Below are positions 59,650-64,000 of a stretch of DNA of 64,000 bases, piece after piece. This DNA comes from a virus. The stretch covers positions 600 to 64,599 of the IMG/VR virus record IMGVR_UViG_3300032893_000037, one strand, 5' to 3'. A program made the position numbers and the translations under genes. The notes under the pieces were generated by a model that saw only the letters and a list, made by a program, of their open reading frames with translations, was not told the DNA's origin and ran no database searches. Within the stretch, counting starts at the first letter, position 1, and every line of letters begins with the position of its first letter.

Positions 59650-60953
59650 GCGTTGCTGCTCTTGCCGAAGATGACGACGAGAGCCGCGGACGGATCGCTC
59701 AGTTCGCCGCCCGATCCACCGGCATCGCCGAACGAGACGTTGGCAGTCGGGTTCGCACCGGCACTGATGATCTGGCCCATTCCGATTGCGCCGGGACTGC
59801 CGCCGCCGCTGTTGTCGTTGTTGCCATTCGTTAGCGCCCAGCCGGACGTAAGTGTGATCCCGGTGGTGGCGACCGCATACTTTCCGGCAGATGTCCGGGA
59901 CACGCCCGAGACGTTGAACGAGTCAACGATAGCGCACGCCCCGTTGACGTTCTGGCCGTTGAAAATAACCCATGCCTTGGGCAGCGCCGGGTGAAGCCAA
60001 ACGTTTGCCGGAGTCGCGAAGGTGGTTGCGCTCATCCCGGCTTCCATCTCCGCGTCCGTCGCGGCGGTCGGGATGGATGCTGGCGGGCTTTGTTGCGTGC
60101 TGTTCAGCAGGACCAGAAAATCACCACTGGTCGTGTACTGAAGCAATGCGTACAGCGGCAGTTCGCTGTCCGGCAGCAAGATCGTGTTGTTCACGTCGAC
60201 AATCTGGATCGCCGGGCCGGAATTGACGCTGAGCGTCGGGCCTGGAGAAGTGTTCGTCGTGCTGAACTGGACCAGCAGCAACGTGCCATTGGCGAAAGCG
60301 AACGGCGGCGCGATAGATGCCGTCCATACGTTCGGCCCACCGGACGCAACAGTGAAGTACACGATGCCGGTGCTTGCCGATCCGCCTGAGAACGCGAGCA
60401 GCTGCCACACGCCGCCGCCCAAGTAGATCATGATGACGGACGATCCCGCCGCGGTCGTAAAGTTACCGCCGCCCGGCGTCTGAATGTTGGATGACGCGGT
60501 GATGGTGAGCTGCTGCTCGAAAACGAGCAGATAGTTCGGGCTTCCCTCTGCGGCGCTGGAGCCAAAGCTGGAGATCGTCGTGTTGCCGGTGATGTAGATG
60601 TTGTTGCTGGGATACGAGCCGAGATCGACTGTCGCTGCCGATGCCGCGATCTGGCGCGGCCCAAACGCCGGGCTCATGAAGTCGCGCACCCAGCGCCCGG
60701 TCGTGCCCGCGCCGGTCGGCGCGATGACGTTCATGTTGTCATCTGGTGCGGTCGATGATCCGCTCCAGTAGAACGCGCCAGCTGCGCCATCGCCGACTTG
60801 GCTTTGACCGCGAACCCACACCTGCACGCCGGTCACGCCAATGAAGCCACGCAGCTGCGTGAAGTCGTCACACGTCTGTTCATATGTGTTGAGGTTGTCG
60901 GCAGACACAGAGCCTTGGCCCTGTATCTGTACCGCCAATGCGGGCACAGGCAT
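59646..60953 (-). CDS. Tail fibre/spike-like protein
   Basis: N-terminal VRG...GDGAAGAFYW spike-anchor motif; beta-rich body. Confidence 0.7.
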   Translation of the reverse strand: MPVPALAVQIQGQGSVSADNLNTYEQTCDDFTQLRGFIGVTGVQVWVRGQSQVGDGAAGAFYWSGSSTAPDDNMNVIAPTGAGTTGRWVRDFMSPAFGPRQIAASAATVDLGSYPSNNIYITGNTTISSFGSSAAEGSPNYLLVFEQQLTITASSNIQTPGGGNFTTAAGSSVIMIYLGGGVWQLLAFSGGSASTGIVYFTVASGGPNVWTASIAPPFAFANGTLLLVQFSTTNTSPGPTLSVNSGPAIQIVDVNNTILLPDSELPLYALLQYTTSGDFLVLLNSTQQSPPASIPTAATDAEMEAGMSATTFATPANVWLHPALPKAWVIFNGQNVNGACAIVDSFNVSGVSRTSAGKYAVATTGITLTSGWALTNGNNDNSGGGSPGAIGMGQIISAGANPTANVSFGDAGGSGGELSDPSAALVVIFGKSSNA

Positions 60954-60962
60954 GTGTAACCT

Positions 60963-63053
60963 TTATGGAGGCGGCAGGAGATGCCGGACGGGGCCGATTT
61001 CGGCGAGCCAACGCCGACCGTTCATCGGCGGCGGCGGTGTGGTTGAGAGAGTGAGGCGGAGGAAGGGGGGTGTGATCGGCGCATTGGCGGCGCCCGCTTG
61101 GTTCAACGGCGAGCGGTACGTGAATGCCGGATTGAGGTCGAACATATTTTGGAATGCAGTGAGGTACTGGTTTCCAACGGTGCGACCGCTCCACCAAAAG
61201 GCGTTGTGGGTTGCGTCATAGAGCCCAGCTTCACGCCAGAAGCACATATAGCCGTACTGCGTGTTCTCAATGTTCAGGTCATCGTAAAGCGAGTTCTGCA
61301 CGACATACGGATTGCCAATCGCGGTGGCATAAGTGGTGTAGGCGGAGTCCCACCCTGACTCATCGAAAAACTGCAACAGTGAAGGCGGGCTTCCATACGC
61401 AAACTGGTATTGCGTCATCACCGAAAGCATTCCGTTCGACATGTCCACCACGCCACCAGAAACCGGATAGCAGTCCCAGAAAATCCACCGCTTGGTGTAA
61501 TCGGCGGAATAAGCGTAGTCGCTCTGATCCAGGTACACATCCAGCTCGCGGAAATCCACGACAGCATATGCAGCAGCAGACGGATCATTCGTCGTTGCCC
61601 ACGAAGAAGTCATGTACCCGGTCACGAAGGCCGGGTGATTGTCGTAGGCCGGACTGTTGCCGAGCTGGAGGTTCACACATCCGAACTGCGTGTCCAGGAA
61701 ATCCGTTCCCGGCGTGCCGCCGCTGCCCACGAACTCCTTCAGGCACTTGTAGATGCCGGTCGCACGATTGCTTGTCGGTTGACGCCAGAGCGCCACCAAA
61801 GCGTTGTTCGCTGGCGCGTAACCAAACCAGTCGTTCGTATAGGTGAGCCCAGCCGCATTCGGCCCAGTGGTCGAAGTCCAAGGCGTAATGTCGGTGAAGA
61901 TGCCGGGCGAGACGGTTCCGATTGCTGCGAATGTAGGCGGCTCGTACTTGATGAGGCTGAACAGCAGCCCGTTAGTCGCCATACCACCGGCATTTTGCTG
62001 CACCGTGAAGAAGTACAGATTGCCGTCTGTGCCGAATGTGGCATCGAAGGGCCATACGTCCAGCCCTTGCTCCACATAGGGGAGCTTTTGATCCGCCGTC
62101 ACTTCTTCGGAAGTGATCGAAACGGGCATCAGGACAAGATTTACAAACGTTGACGGATGCAGGATTGGCGCCGTGCAGCAGTAGACCCACGTATCATCGA
62201 GTGCGAACGGTGTCGTAAGCTGTGTTTTGTTGGGGCCGACAATCGAGTAGTCGTAAACATGGAGCGGTGAAATCTCCTGCGCGTAATTCTGTGAAGCGCG
62301 GAGCTGATAGACCTCGCAAGACTCGGCTTCGACAAACACGTCATTGTTGCGCGGGTTGACCAGCACTGGGTTGTTGCCGCCGAACATGCTGAAATCGATT
62401 CCAATGCGCCGCCACGTTCCGTCACTCCCCGTGCCATTGTAGACGATGCCCACAGTCGCGCCCAATCCATCCCCCGTAATCGTGATGGTTGGCTGTGACG
62501 TGTAACCACTGCCCCAATTCGTGATGTACACCCCAATCACAAAGCCGCTGTCGTTCACAACCGCTATGGCCTGCATCCCGGAGCCGCCGCCACCTGTCAC
62601 TGTTGCCGTGGCGTGCGTATAGCCGGAACCAACCGCGCTTACCGATGGCGCGTTGATGGAGCCCACGTTGGCCGGGACGGTCTTCGCGGATGAGTAGGTG
62701 TTGAAGGCGGTGATGACGCCCGTGTCGATGTTCTTCTGGCAAAGCGTCGGCCAAAGGTTGCTGTAGATGCTGATCGAATCGCTCGGCCCGTAAATGCCGT
62801 TAATGCCCTCCCCATCCCACAGAGAGAAGCCTGTCGGGTTCGTGTAGTCGCCGCCGTCGTCGTTCGGCGTCGGCATGAGCATTTCGATGTAGTTTAGCGT
62901 GCGCGTGACGGCATTGAAGCCAGCGCCGACAATCTGGTTGTCGGCCAACGCCGCTTGATAGTTTGGCGCTGTGTTATACGTGCCAGCCAGCAACGCCGAT
63001 GCCGTCGCCGGATCGTAATTCTCCAGCGCTTCCATCACGTAGAACGTGGTCAC
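60963..63053 (-). CDS. Large tail-associated protein
   Basis: GTG 63053 overlaps upstream TGA; one GSGY repeat pair; aromatic/Thr-rich. Confidence 0.65.
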   Translation of the reverse strand: MTTFYVMEALENYDPATASALLAGTYNTAPNYQAALADNQIVGAGFNAVTRTLNYIEMLMPTPNDDGGDYTNPTGFSLWDGEGINGIYGPSDSISIYSNLWPTLCQKNIDTGVITAFNTYSSAKTVPANVGSINAPSVSAVGSGYTHATATVTGGGGSGMQAIAVVNDSGFVIGVYITNWGSGYTSQPTITITGDGLGATVGIVYNGTGSDGTWRRIGIDFSMFGGNNPVLVNPRNNDVFVEAESCEVYQLRASQNYAQEISPLHVYDYSIVGPNKTQLTTPFALDDTWVYCCTAPILHPSTFVNLVLMPVSITSEEVTADQKLPYVEQGLDVWPFDATFGTDGNLYFFTVQQNAGGMATNGLLFSLIKYEPPTFAAIGTVSPGIFTDITPWTSTTGPNAAGLTYTNDWFGYAPANNALVALWRQPTSNRATGIYKCLKEFVGSGGTPGTDFLDTQFGCVNLQLGNSPAYDNHPAFVTGYMTSSWATTNDPSAAAYAVVDFRELDVYLDQSDYAYSADYTKRWIFWDCYPVSGGVVDMSNGMLSVMTQYQFAYGSPPSLLQFFDESGWDSAYTTYATAIGNPYVVQNSLYDDLNIENTQYGYMCFWREAGLYDATHNAFWWSGRTVGNQYLTAFQNMFDLNPAFTYRSPLNQAGAANAPITPPFLRLTLSTTPPPPMNGRRWLAEIGPVRHLLPPP

Positions 63054-63703
63054 GTCGCGGTGCCTACCGAGAACACAAACGTCAGGGCCACATTCGCGCC
63101 GCTCGCATCTTGGGGCGAAGGCCACGTAATCGAGAACTGGTTGCCCGCGACGAAATTCACGTTGCTGGTGAACGTCACCGTCACCACACCCAGCGTGCTG
63201 AACGCAATCGTGCCGATGCTTGTGCCGTTCTTGTTCAGTGTGATGGTGAAGGTCGATGTCGGGTTGACCCCGATGGTGAAGATGCTGCCGGTGAGGTTCG
63301 CTGGCAGATAGACGGCTCGCACCGCGTTGTAGACCGGGTACGTCTCCATGTTGGAGGGCATCCCCTCCATGTAGACCGGCACATCGTAGAACGATGCCGA
63401 CAAGAACGGCGGCAGCTGCTGCGCCCCAATCGGGATCAGCAGCCACGCACCTTTGACACTGCCCACCGGCACAATGACCGTCGTGCCGTTGTCCGCTGCC
63501 GTCGACTGGCTGTTCCAGTAGTAGTTACCGCCGCCGCCATCACCCGCGGTCACTGCGCCGCGGACAAACACCTCGATGCCGTCTACGCCCGTGAAGGCTC
63601 TGAGCTGGGCGATGTTGGTGCAGGTTTGGAAGTACGTGTTTAGGTTGTCGGCACTGACCGAGCCTTGTCCTTGGATTTGGACAGAAAGTGCTGGGAGCGT
63701 CAC
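63050..63703 (-). CDS. Tail fibre-like protein, N-terminus paralogous to 59646-60953
   Basis: LPALSVQIQGQGSVSADNLNTY...GDGGGGNYYW. Confidence 0.7.
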   Translation of the reverse strand: MTLPALSVQIQGQGSVSADNLNTYFQTCTNIAQLRAFTGVDGIEVFVRGAVTAGDGGGGNYYWNSQSTAADNGTTVIVPVGSVKGAWLLIPIGAQQLPPFLSASFYDVPVYMEGMPSNMETYPVYNAVRAVYLPANLTGSIFTIGVNPTSTFTITLNKNGTSIGTIAFSTLGVVTVTFTSNVNFVAGNQFSITWPSPQDASGANVALTFVFSVGTAT

Positions 63704-63710
63704 GTAAACC

Positions 63711-64000
63711 TCATTGCACGTTGACAGCCATTGCCGTCGAAGAAATCGCCGTCCCAACAAGATGACCAGTGTTCGCGGTCGTTAATGTGCCGTCCCCGTT
63801 GGCGTAGTAGCGCGCGTCTGCGGTGAGACCGGAAAGACCTTTGAGAACGCCTGCATTCTGGATCGTGACGGGGTTTCCGTTTGTAGCGCCTGCGGCGGTG
63901 AGGCCGATGGGTGGCGACTTGTTGAGCGAATTGGCTTTGATGACCCGCGCATAGCTCGTTGTTGTCAAATCCTGAAGCAGCGCCAACGCGTGCGTAGCGT
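63711..64000 (-). CDS. C-terminal part of a tail/capsid fibre-type protein (open to the edge)
   Basis: No stop to 64000; PIGLT...VTIQNAGVLKGLSGLTADARYY...LVGTAIS. Confidence 0.6.
   Translation of the reverse strand, partial: ATHALALLQDLTTTSYARVIKANSLNKSPPIGLTAAGATNGNPVTIQNAGVLKGLSGLTADARYYANGDGTLTTANTGHLVGTAISSTAMAVNVQ

Noticed and set aside
60963-63446. 827-aa ORF as one protein
   Set aside because: The first 131 codons are an alternative frame of the 63050-63703 gene; the coupled GTG at 63053 is the likely start.
59646-63703. Diversity-generating retroelement on the tail fibres
   Set aside because: No reverse transcriptase and no adenine-specific TR/VR pair; the similarity is a diverged protein-level N-terminal duplication.

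Overview
Most of the genome of a temperate, probably short-tailed dsDNA phage of an alphaproteobacterium (host inferred from GcrA-like, MucR/Ros and DUF6456-like genes, plus a tRNA-His that lacks G-1 and has A73). The virion operon runs leftward from 16.2 kb (scaffold, capsid, adaptor, tail, ejection proteins, a two-domain glycosyltransferase). It appears to continue at the right edge through tail fibres to the lysis genes, so the window looks like a circular permutation. The window also holds an oppositely oriented portal gene, the large terminase, an accessory region, modular early genes, replication genes, a cI/cro switch, RecE/RecT, a tyrosine integrase with an intact attP-like region, and 29 tRNAs plus 1 pseudo-tRNA covering all 20 amino acids. 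The standout is at 24.8-27.1 kb: a 1,000-bp array of 20 hairpin units, each [stem]-CCR-N9-HG-N4-CCR-N9-HG-[stem]. It lies upstream of, and in frame with, a Nop/IS110-C-terminal-domain protein that has no nuclease domain. This is a TIGR-Tas-like (TasA, stem-loop type) RNA-guided module, preceded by an unknown coupled gene. Other leads are a genome-wide GTGC-N7-GTAC motif, a 10-aa MARRRKHRRK micro-ORF with a perfect SD at the head of the capsid operon, and a MoaD/ubiquitin-like ...PPIQGG protein. All calls come from reading the sequence by eye; no database searches were run.
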